Of a DNA stretch of 64,000 nucleotides, positions 28,944-38,454 are shown piece after piece (the first letter of the stretch is position 1; every line of letters starts with the position of its first letter). The notes beneath the pieces are model-generated. The model did no database searches and had not been told where the DNA came from. It saw nothing but the letters and a program-made list of their open reading frames with translations. The translations under genes and the position numbers were made by a program. Source of the DNA: Myxococcales bacterium (GTDB lineage: Bacteria > Myxococcota_A > Polyangia > Polyangiales > DASUME01); the NCBI GenBank assembly GCA_047601445.1, contig JASGJH010000001.1, positions 5,600,001 through 5,664,000 of the forward strand, read 5' to 3'.

Positions 28944-30474
28944 CGTCGAGCGCCACGCCCGCTTCGTTGACCACCGCACCCGCGTCGAAGCCTCCGGTAC
29001 CGCTGTCCTTGCCCGCGTCCATGCCGCCGGTCGCCCCGGCGTCATGGGGTACTCCTGCGTCCGGAGTCATCGTACCGGCGTCGCGAATGGCGCCAGGTCC
29101 GCCGTCCTTGACGGGCCCGACGCCCGCATCTGTCTTGAGCCCGGCGTCCGTCAGCGGCACGGCGGGATCGCCCGCGTCATCCTGAATGATCACGCCAGCG
29201 TCCGAAACCATCGGCTCCTTCTTCATCACGCACGCGGCGCCCGCGCAGACGTCGTCGCAAACGGTCGAGCAATCTCCGCAATGCTGGCTGTCGCTGGCCA
29301 GGTCCACACACGACGCTCCGCATTGCGAGTATCCGAGCGGACATTGCGTGTCCTGCCTGGGCGCCGCCAACACGATGTTCTCGACCATCTTGCACGAGCT
29401 CGGATCGGCCAGACTGCCTCCGCTTCCGCTCTGCACCACCACCGCCTGCGAAGCCTGCGCCTCCGCCTGCGCCACCACGCTCAAGCGCGCGTTGGCAGGC
29501 ACCTCGAGCGCAAAGCACCCTTGGGCGTCCGCATAGGCCGTGTCCTGAGTGAACAGGTCCACGCCAGTGGCCGAGGCGCGCGCGTAGGCGATGGGCTTGC
29601 CCGCGCCGTCCACGACACAGGAGCTCACGCAGCTCAGACCCTGCACGAAGTTGCCCACGGTGAACCAACCGAAGCGGTCGATCTCGACCTGATAGACGGG
29701 CGCGCCCGCTTCATCCGTGGTGCTGAGAACTGGGCCCACTTCGAGCCAGCGATTCTGCTCGTCGTCGAAGCGATAGAGCGTGGACCCGGGAGCCTTGTCG
29801 CGACTCTTGTCGTGGGCCGGCATGCTGAGCGTGGCCGTGGCACCGGCCTTCAGTACCAGGTCCTTCCCCATCCGACTCGCGTTCACGTAGACGGGTGACT
29901 CGGCCGAGACCTTGCCCAGCTTGCCCTGCTTCTCCGCCTTGAACTCGCCCGGCAGAGAGCCCAACTCCTGCGCCTTCTGCGGGTTTGGCGCCGCGATGGA
30001 CAAGGTGGCTTCCTTGACGCTGGCGCCGGACTCGTCCCGCAGCTTGTCCCCGTCTACCTTCACGCTCGCACCATTGGCGGTCTTGGCCTCGCCACCCACG
30101 CTGGCGTCGATCTCCTTCTGGGCGTCGTAGCGCTTGGCCATCACTTCGATGTAGCCGTCGTTCTCGGGGGCCGTCTTGGACACGGGCGCATGCTGATCCG
30201 CGTGCACCACGAGGGTCTTGTCGCTGGTCTGATGCTTCAAGGAGAACGCGCCCTTGTCGTCGGACTGCGTGGCGCTGTCGCCCACCACCACCTTGGCTTG
30301 CCCGAGCGGCTCGCCGGTGTCCGCGCTAAAGGCGCGCCCCTTGAGCGTGGCGGCGCTGCCGTGGGTGGCGAGCTCTCCTTTTTGCGGGTCATCGCCGCAA
30401 CTCATCGAAAGACCGAGCCAACCCAAGCCGCCCGCGATCAGGAGCGCGCGCCCGACAACACGTTTCCCCAGCAT
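28936..30474 (-). CDS. Secreted lipoprotein: carboxypeptidase-regulatory-like and CILP/ZU5-like domains, Cys-rich repeat, DAG-rich tail
   Basis: Lipobox SMSC; LYRFDDEQNRW; CGASCVDLASDSQHCGDC Cys motif; similar to 35078..37036. Confidence 0.75.
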   Translation of the reverse strand: MLGKRVVGRALLIAGGLGWLGLSMSCGDDPQKGELATHGSAATLKGRAFSADTGEPLGQAKVVVGDSATQSDDKGAFSLKHQTSDKTLVVHADQHAPVSKTAPENDGYIEVMAKRYDAQKEIDASVGGEAKTANGASVKVDGDKLRDESGASVKEATLSIAAPNPQKAQELGSLPGEFKAEKQGKLGKVSAESPVYVNASRMGKDLVLKAGATATLSMPAHDKSRDKAPGSTLYRFDDEQNRWLEVGPVLSTTDEAGAPVYQVEIDRFGWFTVGNFVQGLSCVSSCVVDGAGKPIAYARASATGVDLFTQDTAYADAQGCFALEVPANARLSVVAQAEAQASQAVVVQSGSGGSLADPSSCKMVENIVLAAPRQDTQCPLGYSQCGASCVDLASDSQHCGDCSTVCDDVCAGAACVMKKEPMVSDAGVIIQDDAGDPAVPLTDAGLKTDAGVGPVKDGGPGAIRDAGTMTPDAGVPHDAGATGGMDAGKDSGTGGFDAGAVVNEAGVALDAS

Positions 30475-30585
30475 GGTCTCAAGGCTAACGAACTCGTGCT
30501 GGGGAGAGAAAGCAGGCTGTTCGGCGCACCTTCCCTGCATGCGCTCGCAGCCTCCGCCATGTACCCCGAAGCGAGCTTCCGGGCT

Positions 30586-31923
30586 TCAGCGGTGACGGCC
30601 GCCGTGTCCGCCACCGTGCATCATGGGGGCCGACATCCGAGGAGGGGCACTCATGCGGGGCGGGGCGCTCATCATGCGGGGCGGGGCGCTCGGCGCGGCG
30701 CGCATCATCGAGGGCGACGACATGCGCGGCGCGGCCATGCTCGGCGAAGCGCGCATCATCGAAGGCGATGAGGTCCTGGGCGGGGCCGAATAGCGCGGGC
30801 TCGCGGAGCTGAAGCCGCTCGGCTGCGAGATGCGCGGAGGACTCCCCACCGAAGAACCCCGGTAGGTGGTCGCGGAGCCGTAGCTGTGGGTCCCGTTGAA
30901 ACGCGGGAAACTCTGGCGCGGCTGGCCCGGAGCCACCACTTGCCCCACGCCGCCGGGACGCACGCTGACCGAAGGTCGGGGCGCAGCGGCCGCGGAAGGA
31001 TAGTGATAGAGCGGGGAGTTGGACGGCCGGAAACCCGTGTTTGCAGCCGATATGCGACCCGCAGGGGCCGCTGCGATGACGCCCGCGCTCGGGCGCGGGC
31101 CCACGGGTCCGGCGATCACGTGATGCGGCGTGAAGGTGCGCACGGTCGCGTGCGTGACGGGGCGGGGTCCGACGTGCTGCACGATCACCGTGCTGCCTGG
31201 GTAAGCCCAACCGCCTGGCCCGTACCACCAGTACCCCGACGACCAGTACCAGCTGCCAGGCACGTAGGTGAAACCGATGCGGGGCGGACACCAGTAACCG
31301 GGCGCCCACACCCAGGCGGAATTCCACCACCAGTAGCCGCCGACCCAAACGTAGTTGGGGTACGGCATGGGAGGAGGCGTCTCGTAGAGCGGCACGGGCG
31401 GCGGCTGATCGCTGCGCTGCGCCACCTGTTGGGCCGGCACGTCGGTCTGGTAGGGCTGACTCAGATCGCCCTGGGAAAGCGGCACAGGAGCCTGCTGGCC
31501 GTCCGTGGCAGGCGCTGCACCCCGACTCGCGTCGGGGGCCGCGGGCGCGCTTGCCTCGCCCCCCGAGTCGGGCGGCGGCGCGGCGATGATCTCACGCTGC
31601 TGAGGCGGCGGGGCCTGAATGACCTGGCGCGGCGCCAGCGTCTGCATCGGCGCGGGATCTTGAAGTTGCAGCTGGGTCTCGTGGCCACTGCGTAGGCGGC
31701 CCCACGAGCACTGGCCAGACTCGTCGCAGAGCTGAGCGTAGACCGCCCCTCGCCCACATCCGTAGGCGCCGTAGCGGTTGTGCGCGATCTCGTCGACCTC
31801 AACGCGGTCGCAACTCAGATCGTGCTGAGCGACACTCACGACGTTGCGACCAGGTGAACCGGCGCATGCAGTGAGCAACCCCAGGAGCAGTGCAAAACCC
31901 GTCGTTCGTAGCATTGCCCGCAT
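30586..31923 (-). CDS. Lipoprotein with YXWGXW/WXXGXW repeats and a low-complexity Pro/Met/Ser tail
   Basis: Lipobox LTAC; YVWVGGYWWW, WVWAPGYW, YVPGSWYW; C-terminal PPRMSA repeats. Confidence 0.8.
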   Translation of the reverse strand: MRAMLRTTGFALLLGLLTACAGSPGRNVVSVAQHDLSCDRVEVDEIAHNRYGAYGCGRGAVYAQLCDESGQCSWGRLRSGHETQLQLQDPAPMQTLAPRQVIQAPPPQQREIIAAPPPDSGGEASAPAAPDASRGAAPATDGQQAPVPLSQGDLSQPYQTDVPAQQVAQRSDQPPPVPLYETPPPMPYPNYVWVGGYWWWNSAWVWAPGYWCPPRIGFTYVPGSWYWSSGYWWYGPGGWAYPGSTVIVQHVGPRPVTHATVRTFTPHHVIAGPVGPRPSAGVIAAAPAGRISAANTGFRPSNSPLYHYPSAAAAPRPSVSVRPGGVGQVVAPGQPRQSFPRFNGTHSYGSATTYRGSSVGSPPRISQPSGFSSASPRYSAPPRTSSPSMMRASPSMAAPRMSSPSMMRAAPSAPPRMMSAPPRMSAPPRMSAPMMHGGGHGGRHR

Positions 31924-31988
31924 ACGACGAGCATGACACGCAAATCATTCCAAAGAGAGCACTCTTGGGACCCGGCGTTTCGGGCCGC

Positions 31989-32894
31989 TCAGGCCGCAGG
32001 GCTCTGCCAGAGTCCGGGAGCGGCCAAATTCGCGAGCATGCGCGGCTCCACGTCGCGTAAGTCGAGCACGACAAGGTAATCTGTCACGCCAAACTCGCGA
32101 TCGAGCGCCGGTCCTCCGCAGACCTTGGCTCCGAGGCGTAGGTAGCTGTTGAAAAGCGGAGGAAGTTCCGCGTCTTCAGCGCTCGCGGCGGCTTCGCTGC
32201 GAGGTGCCCGCAAGGCCGCCAAGACCCCCGCCTGATAGCGCGGATGGAAGTGGTTACCCTCGGCGAGTTGGCGAGAAACGGTTGCGATCTCGGAGGCCTC
32301 GAGCGTGGGTACCGAGCAGCAGCCGAACACGTAGCGCTTGTCGTTCCAGTCCAGGTAGCGAGCGATGCCACGCCAGAGCAGCTGAAGGACACGACCGTTC
32401 CGGTGCTCCTTGGCCACGCAAGCGCGTCCTACCTCGGCGCCACGCTCGATCACGCTGTCGGGAATGCTGGAAAGGTCGAACTCCGTTGCGGTGTAGAGGT
32501 CTTCCCGACCGCCGAGCTCCGAGGTCATCAGGCGATAGGTGCCCACCAGCGAGTTGGTGGCGTGCTCGATGACCATCAGGTGATGGCAGGAGAGATTGAA
32601 CTCATCGCTGTCGAGTCCCGTCTCGTAGGAGGCGAGCAGCCCCTCGCTGAGTTCGAGGTTGAAGATGCGGAAGCGCAGGGCCTGCACCGCGCGCAGGTCT
32701 TCGAGGTCTTGGGCGAAGCGGACGAGGTAGCGACCCGAGCGGTGGATTCCCGGAGGAACGGCGTGAGCGAGTCGTGGGTAGGCCGTGGGCTCGAAGGAGC
32801 CGGCCGGTCGAAACGCGCCCTCGGGCGCGCGAGCGGAGTGAGGAAGGGGAAAGTTCGGATACTCGCGTTGGATCGTGAGATTCGAGAGTGTCAT
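31989..32894 (-). CDS. GNAT N-acyltransferase, OlsB (ornithine/aminolipid N-acyltransferase)-like
   Basis: QALRFRIFNLEL, GLDSDEF..CHHL, VGTYRL, EVGRACV...HR, LLWRGI, YVFGCCS, LPPLFNSYLRLGAKVCGGPALDREF. Confidence 0.85.
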   Translation of the reverse strand: MTLSNLTIQREYPNFPLPHSARAPEGAFRPAGSFEPTAYPRLAHAVPPGIHRSGRYLVRFAQDLEDLRAVQALRFRIFNLELSEGLLASYETGLDSDEFNLSCHHLMVIEHATNSLVGTYRLMTSELGGREDLYTATEFDLSSIPDSVIERGAEVGRACVAKEHRNGRVLQLLWRGIARYLDWNDKRYVFGCCSVPTLEASEIATVSRQLAEGNHFHPRYQAGVLAALRAPRSEAAASAEDAELPPLFNSYLRLGAKVCGGPALDREFGVTDYLVVLDLRDVEPRMLANLAAPGLWQSPAA

Positions 32895-32974
32895 TGATAC
32901 AGTTTTGCCCTGCGTGCGCCACGTGACCGCGTCGCAGCTCCAAACCTTTGGTGACAGCTAGGCAAACTCGTTTG

Positions 32975-34000
32975 TCACGTGCGAGGCCAGGTGCTGAACG
33001 CCTCGTGCTCACGCGCGCTGCGCTCATGCTCATTTGGGGACACCCACGCCTCGGGGCTCGCGATCGCATGCAAGAGCAGATCGAACAACGAGAGATGGCG
33101 ACGCAGGGTGCGCTTCAGACGATGCGGCAACACGGGGTTGAAGGAGCCATCCAACGACCAGAGTTGCCGCGGATTCTTGCGGACCCAAGCCCACGAGCCC
33201 ATCTCGAGCGTGAGCGGCACGAAGGCGCGCTGAGGATGGCGAGCGTGCTGCGTGTCGTAGAGGTGGTCCCAGAGATCGCCCTGAATCGTGTAGGCCTGGG
33301 CCTGCGGCTCCACCTGATACACGTGGTGCGGCAAGGTTCGATCGAGCAAGCGCTTGAGGCCCACGACCTCGGCCAAATGCGGGAATGGCTTGCGCGTGCG
33401 CGCGTAGGGGAACCACAGCCGATCGACCATGCCGAAGCCCGAGTGACAGTCGATGGCCAGCGCGACCTTGGCGTCGAGGAGCTCGCGACTCATCACGTCG
33501 ACCAGCGCCTGACTCTCGATCTCGAGGGCACGCTCGGGATCGCCGGCGTACCAGGGCAACCTGGGTGAGATACGCTGCCCCCCGAGCAAGAAGCTGCCAC
33601 GCCCGTGCGGGTGCCGCGGCCCGTTGCGCATGAGGTCCACACCGCGCGGATTGGAGCGGGTGCCGAGCGCCATGCCTCCCGGGTTCACCAGCGGCACGAA
33701 GACCAGGCGGACGCGCTCCAGGGTGTCGCGCAGAATGCGGTCCCAGGAGAAGCGCACCAGCAGCGTGCGCAGGTAGGCCAAGACCACCTGGGTGCCGATG
33801 CGCTCGAGGCCATGCACCCCGCCGACGTAGGCCAGGCTGGGCGCCTGCGGATCGTCGGTGCCCAGGCTGAGGCTCCAAATGGGCATGCTGCTCGCGCCCA
33901 CGGGGACACGCGCCACTTCGCGGACACGGGCTTGGGCATCACCGGGCTCGAGCAGCGTTTCGAGCAGGCGTTCGAGTTCGACCAACTCAGGCAGAGACAA
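32975..34000 (-). CDS. M14-family zinc carboxypeptidase; start uncertain (TTG at 34000 overlaps the upstream stop)
   Basis: GGVHGLERIG (HxxE), RSNPRGVDLMRN, IDCHSGFG, LTLEMGS. Confidence 0.85.
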   Translation of the reverse strand: MSLPELVELERLLETLLEPGDAQARVREVARVPVGASSMPIWSLSLGTDDPQAPSLAYVGGVHGLERIGTQVVLAYLRTLLVRFSWDRILRDTLERVRLVFVPLVNPGGMALGTRSNPRGVDLMRNGPRHPHGRGSFLLGGQRISPRLPWYAGDPERALEIESQALVDVMSRELLDAKVALAIDCHSGFGMVDRLWFPYARTRKPFPHLAEVVGLKRLLDRTLPHHVYQVEPQAQAYTIQGDLWDHLYDTQHARHPQRAFVPLTLEMGSWAWVRKNPRQLWSLDGSFNPVLPHRLKRTLRRHLSLFDLLLHAIASPEAWVSPNEHERSAREHEAFSTWPRT

Positions 34001-34808
34001 GGTGCCAGGCAGCGTGCACGGAGCTGGCGCTCGACGCAAACGAGTCCATCCACAGTCCACGCGTAATCGAGCGTCGCGCGGCTTCGGCCACGTCGGCGGC
34101 GTCAGCGACCGTGGGCACCGAGAGGGGCTCCATGAAGCGCACGTTCACGCGCGTGCAGGCACGGGTCATGGAGCGCATGTAGTGCGGCAAGAAGCTCTCA
34201 TCGCCGACCCAGGCGACCTCGGGGCAGTCGTAGCGCAGGGAGACCGGCACCACGGGCACGTTCATGCGAGCGGCGACGCCGAAGATGCCGCGCTTGAAGG
34301 GCAGCACGCTGTCGCCGTGCGTGGTGGTGCCTTCGGGGAACACCAGCACCGATACGCCGGCTTCCAGGGCTCGCATGGCCTCACGCAGACAGCGCGCGCC
34401 GCTGTGGGCGTCCTCGCGCGTCACGTAGAGGGTGCCGAGCTTGCGCGAGACTTCGCCGATCACGGGCCAACCACCGACCTCGCGCTTGGCCACCGCGGTG
34501 AGCGGCACGAAGCTCGAGAGCACGACGGGATCGAAGTAGCTGATGTGGTTGGCGACCAGCACGCAGGGCTGGTTGGGGACCTGGCCGCGCACGCTGGGAC
34601 GCACCCCGTGCAGCGCGCAGGCGTTCTCACTGACCCAGGAGGCCTCGCGCGCCTTCTCACGCGGGCTTACCGCGCCGCGCGCCGCGAGCCTCGACCAAGT
34701 CTCGAACATGAAGGTGGTCACGCGTGCGGCACGGTTGCCGGTGCGAGCGACGGCGGAGAGCTCCCCGCCCGCAAAAGGAGTACGCGCCAAAGTTGGACTC
34801 AGCATCAT
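33987..34808 (-). CDS. Lysophospholipid acyltransferase (PlsC/OlsA family)
   Basis: NHISYFD (HxxxxD), VAKREV..WPVIG, FPEGTT, PFKRG. Confidence 0.9.
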   Translation of the reverse strand: MMLSPTLARTPFAGGELSAVARTGNRAARVTTFMFETWSRLAARGAVSPREKAREASWVSENACALHGVRPSVRGQVPNQPCVLVANHISYFDPVVLSSFVPLTAVAKREVGGWPVIGEVSRKLGTLYVTREDAHSGARCLREAMRALEAGVSVLVFPEGTTTHGDSVLPFKRGIFGVAARMNVPVVPVSLRYDCPEVAWVGDESFLPHYMRSMTRACTRVNVRFMEPLSVPTVADAADVAEAARRSITRGLWMDSFASSASSVHAAWHLVSA

Positions 34809-34985
34809 GGAATCGTCCCGGGGATCGGTGACACCCGCGCGACGGACGCCCAACATGTGAGCGACGAGTGGGGGCCACGAAGCCCGAAATATTCCCGCGT
34901 GAAACCAGGACCCATTTGTCAGGGTCCCGCGATTGAATAAGTCAGAACACGCCAGATTCGCGGGCATTCTCGCAGATTCACGGCG

Positions 34986-35002
34986 CCGGCACGTCCGTTG
35001 CA
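34986..35002 (+). promoter_or_regulatory. Sigma-54 (-24/-12) promoter
   Basis: CCGGCACGTCCGTTGCA: GG-N10-GC with GGCACG and TTGCA matching consensus, ~75 nt upstream of the 35078 start. Confidence 0.75.
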
Positions 35003-35077
35003 CAGCACCCGATCGGAACGCATCCGCACGGGGAGACATCGAAGCCTCGCTGCGCGCTCACACAAGGACGACGAATC

Positions 35078-37036
35078 GTGAAGAGCACTCCTGTTGGGTA
35101 TGGGCGAACCCGCACACAAGCAGCCTGGCTGCTCGGCGTGCTGGCGCTCGGCTCCTTCTCGGACACCGCGCGGGCCGACTCCATCTTCTCGCTCAGCGGC
35201 AAGGTGGCACTCGGCGATGGTGGCTCGGCCGCGGGCACGCGCGTGCAGTTTCAGGTGGATTCGGATCGCAACGGCAAGCTCGAGAGTTGGGAGACGCTGA
35301 GCGCAAAGGTTGGGGCCGACGGCAAGTACGTGCTCGCCTACGAACTCAATCCCACCAAGGTAGACTTCCAGTTCATCAAGATCGCGACTCAGGTGGTGGC
35401 CGAGTACGAGAAAGGCGGCTTCGACGGGCTGCTGTCGCGAGGACCGCTCCCGGTGGTGATGAGCTTCGAGCGCGAAGGCTACACCACGGTGGTGCGTCGC
35501 TTCGGCTCCATGTCGGACGCCTTCGACCTGGATGCCGTGCTTGCGCCGCTACCCGGCGTGCACTGCGACGAGGCCAGCTGCTTCTCCGAGCACGGTGACG
35601 TGCGCCTGGCTGACTTTCCCGGCGGTACCGGCATCGCGCGCGCCTACGCCAGCGCTTACGACCCGGACAAGGACCTGGCGCAGTTCCCCGGCACCTTCAG
35701 CGACGACGCCGACAACCTCTTGATCTCGAGCGGATTCGCCGAAATCAACCTGTACGACTCCGCGGGCCAAGCCATCCACGAGGTCTCCTCGCCCGTGGCG
35801 GTGCGCTTCGAGGCCAAGCGTGCGCAGTGGAAGACCATGCCGGACCTGGCGCCGAACAGCGGGAAAATCGAGCTCCCGATGTACTCCTTCGACCGCAACA
35901 AGGCGGACTGGGTGCGCGAAGCAGACGGTGTGTTGGAGCTGGCCGATGGAACCCCGGTGCCCGAAGAGAGCTTGCCCGCCATCCGCATGGGTACGTTCGC
36001 GGAGCCCGTGTTCGTGGCCTTCGATACCCTGCATTTCTCGAGCTTCAACTGCGATGCTCCCATCTCCGAGCGCGCCTGCGTGCGCGGACGTCTGGTGGAC
36101 GACGCCACCGGCGAAGCTCTGATCGGCGCGGACGTGAGCGTGCTCGGTGTCTCCTACACGGGCTCGGCAGGCCGCATGTTCACGGGACAGGATGGCCGCT
36201 TCGCAGTGGACGTCATGAAGTCGGAAAACCCGGGCGAAGACACCGATCGCAACGGCACCGCTGGCGAGACCTTCAACGCGCGGCTGTCGGTGCGCACGGC
36301 GGCTGGCGTGTTCCTGGGCGCGGCCTTCGACACCCCGATCCTGCGCGGATCCGCCCAGCTCAACGAGTGCCGGCCCGGCGCCTGCGCCTGCTTGGACCTG
36401 GGAGATATCCCGGTGAAGTTCGAGGTTCCTCGCCTGTGCAATGTGACCGTGCGCGCCACGGCCTCGGGCAAGAATCTATTCGGAGGCGCGGGGCCGCTGG
36501 AGACGGGCGCTGCGGTCGTGGGAGCCGAGGTGCGCGGCGAGTTGAGCGGCGAGTTCGCGCTGCCGCAGGCGGCGGTGTCCGCAGTGTGCGAAGGCGTCAG
36601 CTGTGGCGCCGGCACGGTGGGCGCCGATGGAGCGGTGAGCTTCGCGGTGCCCATGGTGGGCGACGCTGGCCAGCTGCAATTTCACGCGGATTTCAGCGTG
36701 GTGCAGGACGGGACCACCCACGTGTACTCGGGGTCGGTGGCGGTCGCGGGCTGCGCGGCGGGCCAAGAAGTGCTCGCGGCGCCCGTCTCCATCGAGCTCG
36801 ATCACGGCAGCGCCGGATCTCTGGATGCTTTCATCCGCGGACTCGGCGACGAAGCGGCCTCGGAGCGCGACCCGGGAGGCAGCGAGGTCCTCGATTCCCT
36901 GGGCTGCGGCTGCCGAATCCCGGCTTCCCCCACGCGCTCGAGGCTGGGCGCCCTGGCTGGCCTGGCCCTCGCCAGTACGCTGCTGTGGCGGCGTCACGGC
37001 AAGCGGCGCGCAAAGGCTTCGCGCGATCAGGGTTGA
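35078..37036 (+). CDS. Secreted surface protein with a CILP/ZU5-GAIN-like domain and a MYXO-CTERM-type sorting tail
   Basis: Signal peptide; PMYSFDRNKADW...TLHFSSFNCD; C-terminal GCGC-spacer-hydrophobic-RRHGKRR. Confidence 0.8.
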   Translation: MKSTPVGYGRTRTQAAWLLGVLALGSFSDTARADSIFSLSGKVALGDGGSAAGTRVQFQVDSDRNGKLESWETLSAKVGADGKYVLAYELNPTKVDFQFIKIATQVVAEYEKGGFDGLLSRGPLPVVMSFEREGYTTVVRRFGSMSDAFDLDAVLAPLPGVHCDEASCFSEHGDVRLADFPGGTGIARAYASAYDPDKDLAQFPGTFSDDADNLLISSGFAEINLYDSAGQAIHEVSSPVAVRFEAKRAQWKTMPDLAPNSGKIELPMYSFDRNKADWVREADGVLELADGTPVPEESLPAIRMGTFAEPVFVAFDTLHFSSFNCDAPISERACVRGRLVDDATGEALIGADVSVLGVSYTGSAGRMFTGQDGRFAVDVMKSENPGEDTDRNGTAGETFNARLSVRTAAGVFLGAAFDTPILRGSAQLNECRPGACACLDLGDIPVKFEVPRLCNVTVRATASGKNLFGGAGPLETGAAVVGAEVRGELSGEFALPQAAVSAVCEGVSCGAGTVGADGAVSFAVPMVGDAGQLQFHADFSVVQDGTTHVYSGSVAVAGCAAGQEVLAAPVSIELDHGSAGSLDAFIRGLGDEAASERDPGGSEVLDSLGCGCRIPASPTRSRLGALAGLALASTLLWRRHGKRRAKASRDQG

Positions 37037-37052
37037 GCGAGGGCCGGTCGCG

Positions 37053-38261
37053 TCAGCGCAGAGCGCGTTCGAGCAGCGATGCGAGCGCGCACAGCGAGCG
37101 ATCGGAGCCCCAGGGGCCGATGAAAGAGAGGCCGATCGGCGCCCCCTGCAGCTCCACGGCGGGCACCACGAGCTGCGGCACACCCGTGAGCGAGGCCGCG
37201 CAGGTGAGCTCGAGCGTGCGCGCCCGGAAGGCCTCCAGCGCCGAGTCCGAGTCCGCGATGCGCGGGGCGATGCCAGGCGTGGCGGGCATGAACAACAGGG
37301 TGCCAGGTGAGAGCAGGGCCTCCAGACGCTCGGAGATCGAGTTCATGGTGGCCTCGTCCTCGTCCCTACCCTCCTGGCTCCGCGAGAGCGCACGGGCTCG
37401 CTCGAAGCGCTGGGTGATGGCTGGGCTGAACTGCGGGTGCTCCGCATCGAGCCAAGCGCCGTGGGTGGCGAACGCGTCGCGTCCCTGGGTGCGCTGGAAG
37501 GCCACGCGCAGGGACTCGAAGCCCATGGTCGCCAGCTTGACCCGCTCCGAAGGCACCTGGAGCTTGCCCAACACCTGCGCCAACAGATGCTCGAGGAGCT
37601 CAGCCACCCCCGCATCACAGAGCGCGAGCGCGTCGTCGGCGATCAACACGCGCTCGAGGGCCGGCTCGTCGGCGGCCGCGCCCGCGAGGTCCGCATCGCT
37701 GGCCAGGAGCACGCTCGCCACCGCCTCGAAGGTGCGCGCATCGCGCGCCAGAAAACCCACCGTGTCGAAGCTCGGGGCCAGCGGCACGACGCCGCGGCTA
37801 TCGATGCGCCCGTGGGTGGGCCGCAGCCCGAAAAGACCGCAAAAGGACGCGGGTACGCGGATGGAACCGCCCGTGTCGGTGCCCAGCGCGAAGTCGCAGA
37901 GACAGCTCGCAACAGCGGCCGCGGAGCCGCAGGACGAGCCTCCGCACAGCCGGCCCGGCGCGCGCGGGTTGGATGGGGTGCCGTAGAACTGATTCTGGCC
38001 CGAGAGGCTGTAGGCGAGTTCGTCGAGGATGGTGACGCCCACCAAGTCTGCGCCGGCTTCGAGCAGCTTCGAGATGACAGGAGCGTCGTGATCCGCGGCG
38101 GCGTGCGTGCGAGCCCAATCCGGATGGCCTGCGGTCGACGCGTGACCACGCAGCGCGAACACGTCCTTGGCGGCGAACGTCAGCCCCGAGAGCGCGCCCT
38201 CGGCGCGACGCGCGCGTGTGACCTGCGCTCCGGGGACAAACGCCAGAGGTGTGCTCGACAT
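37053..38261 (-). CDS. Amidase (amidase signature family)
   Basis: AKDVF, GGSSCGSAAAVA, LGTDTGGSIRVPASFCG. Confidence 0.93.
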   Translation of the reverse strand: MSSTPLAFVPGAQVTRARRAEGALSGLTFAAKDVFALRGHASTAGHPDWARTHAAADHDAPVISKLLEAGADLVGVTILDELAYSLSGQNQFYGTPSNPRAPGRLCGGSSCGSAAAVASCLCDFALGTDTGGSIRVPASFCGLFGLRPTHGRIDSRGVVPLAPSFDTVGFLARDARTFEAVASVLLASDADLAGAAADEPALERVLIADDALALCDAGVAELLEHLLAQVLGKLQVPSERVKLATMGFESLRVAFQRTQGRDAFATHGAWLDAEHPQFSPAITQRFERARALSRSQEGRDEDEATMNSISERLEALLSPGTLLFMPATPGIAPRIADSDSALEAFRARTLELTCAASLTGVPQLVVPAVELQGAPIGLSFIGPWGSDRSLCALASLLERALR

Positions 38262-38393
38262 GGGATCACCTCATGCGGGACGCCCGCCGCGCCCCCATCC
38301 AGTGCACTAGTACAGCATGTAATACATGCGCCACAAGCTCGGTGGTGCTCGCGCGTCTCGGGCGACCGGTGCGCATCACTGGCTAGAAATGCG

Positions 38394-38424
38394 AAAAACC
38401 CAGGGGGCTACTGCTCCCCCTGGG
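38394..38424 (-). terminator. Rho-independent terminator
   Basis: Minus strand reads CCCAGGGGG-AGCAGTAG-CCCCCTGGG-TTTTT (9-bp stem plus U-tract). Confidence 0.8.
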
Positions 38425-38454
38425 CTTCCCCCCCTTACTATCGCAAAACCGGAA

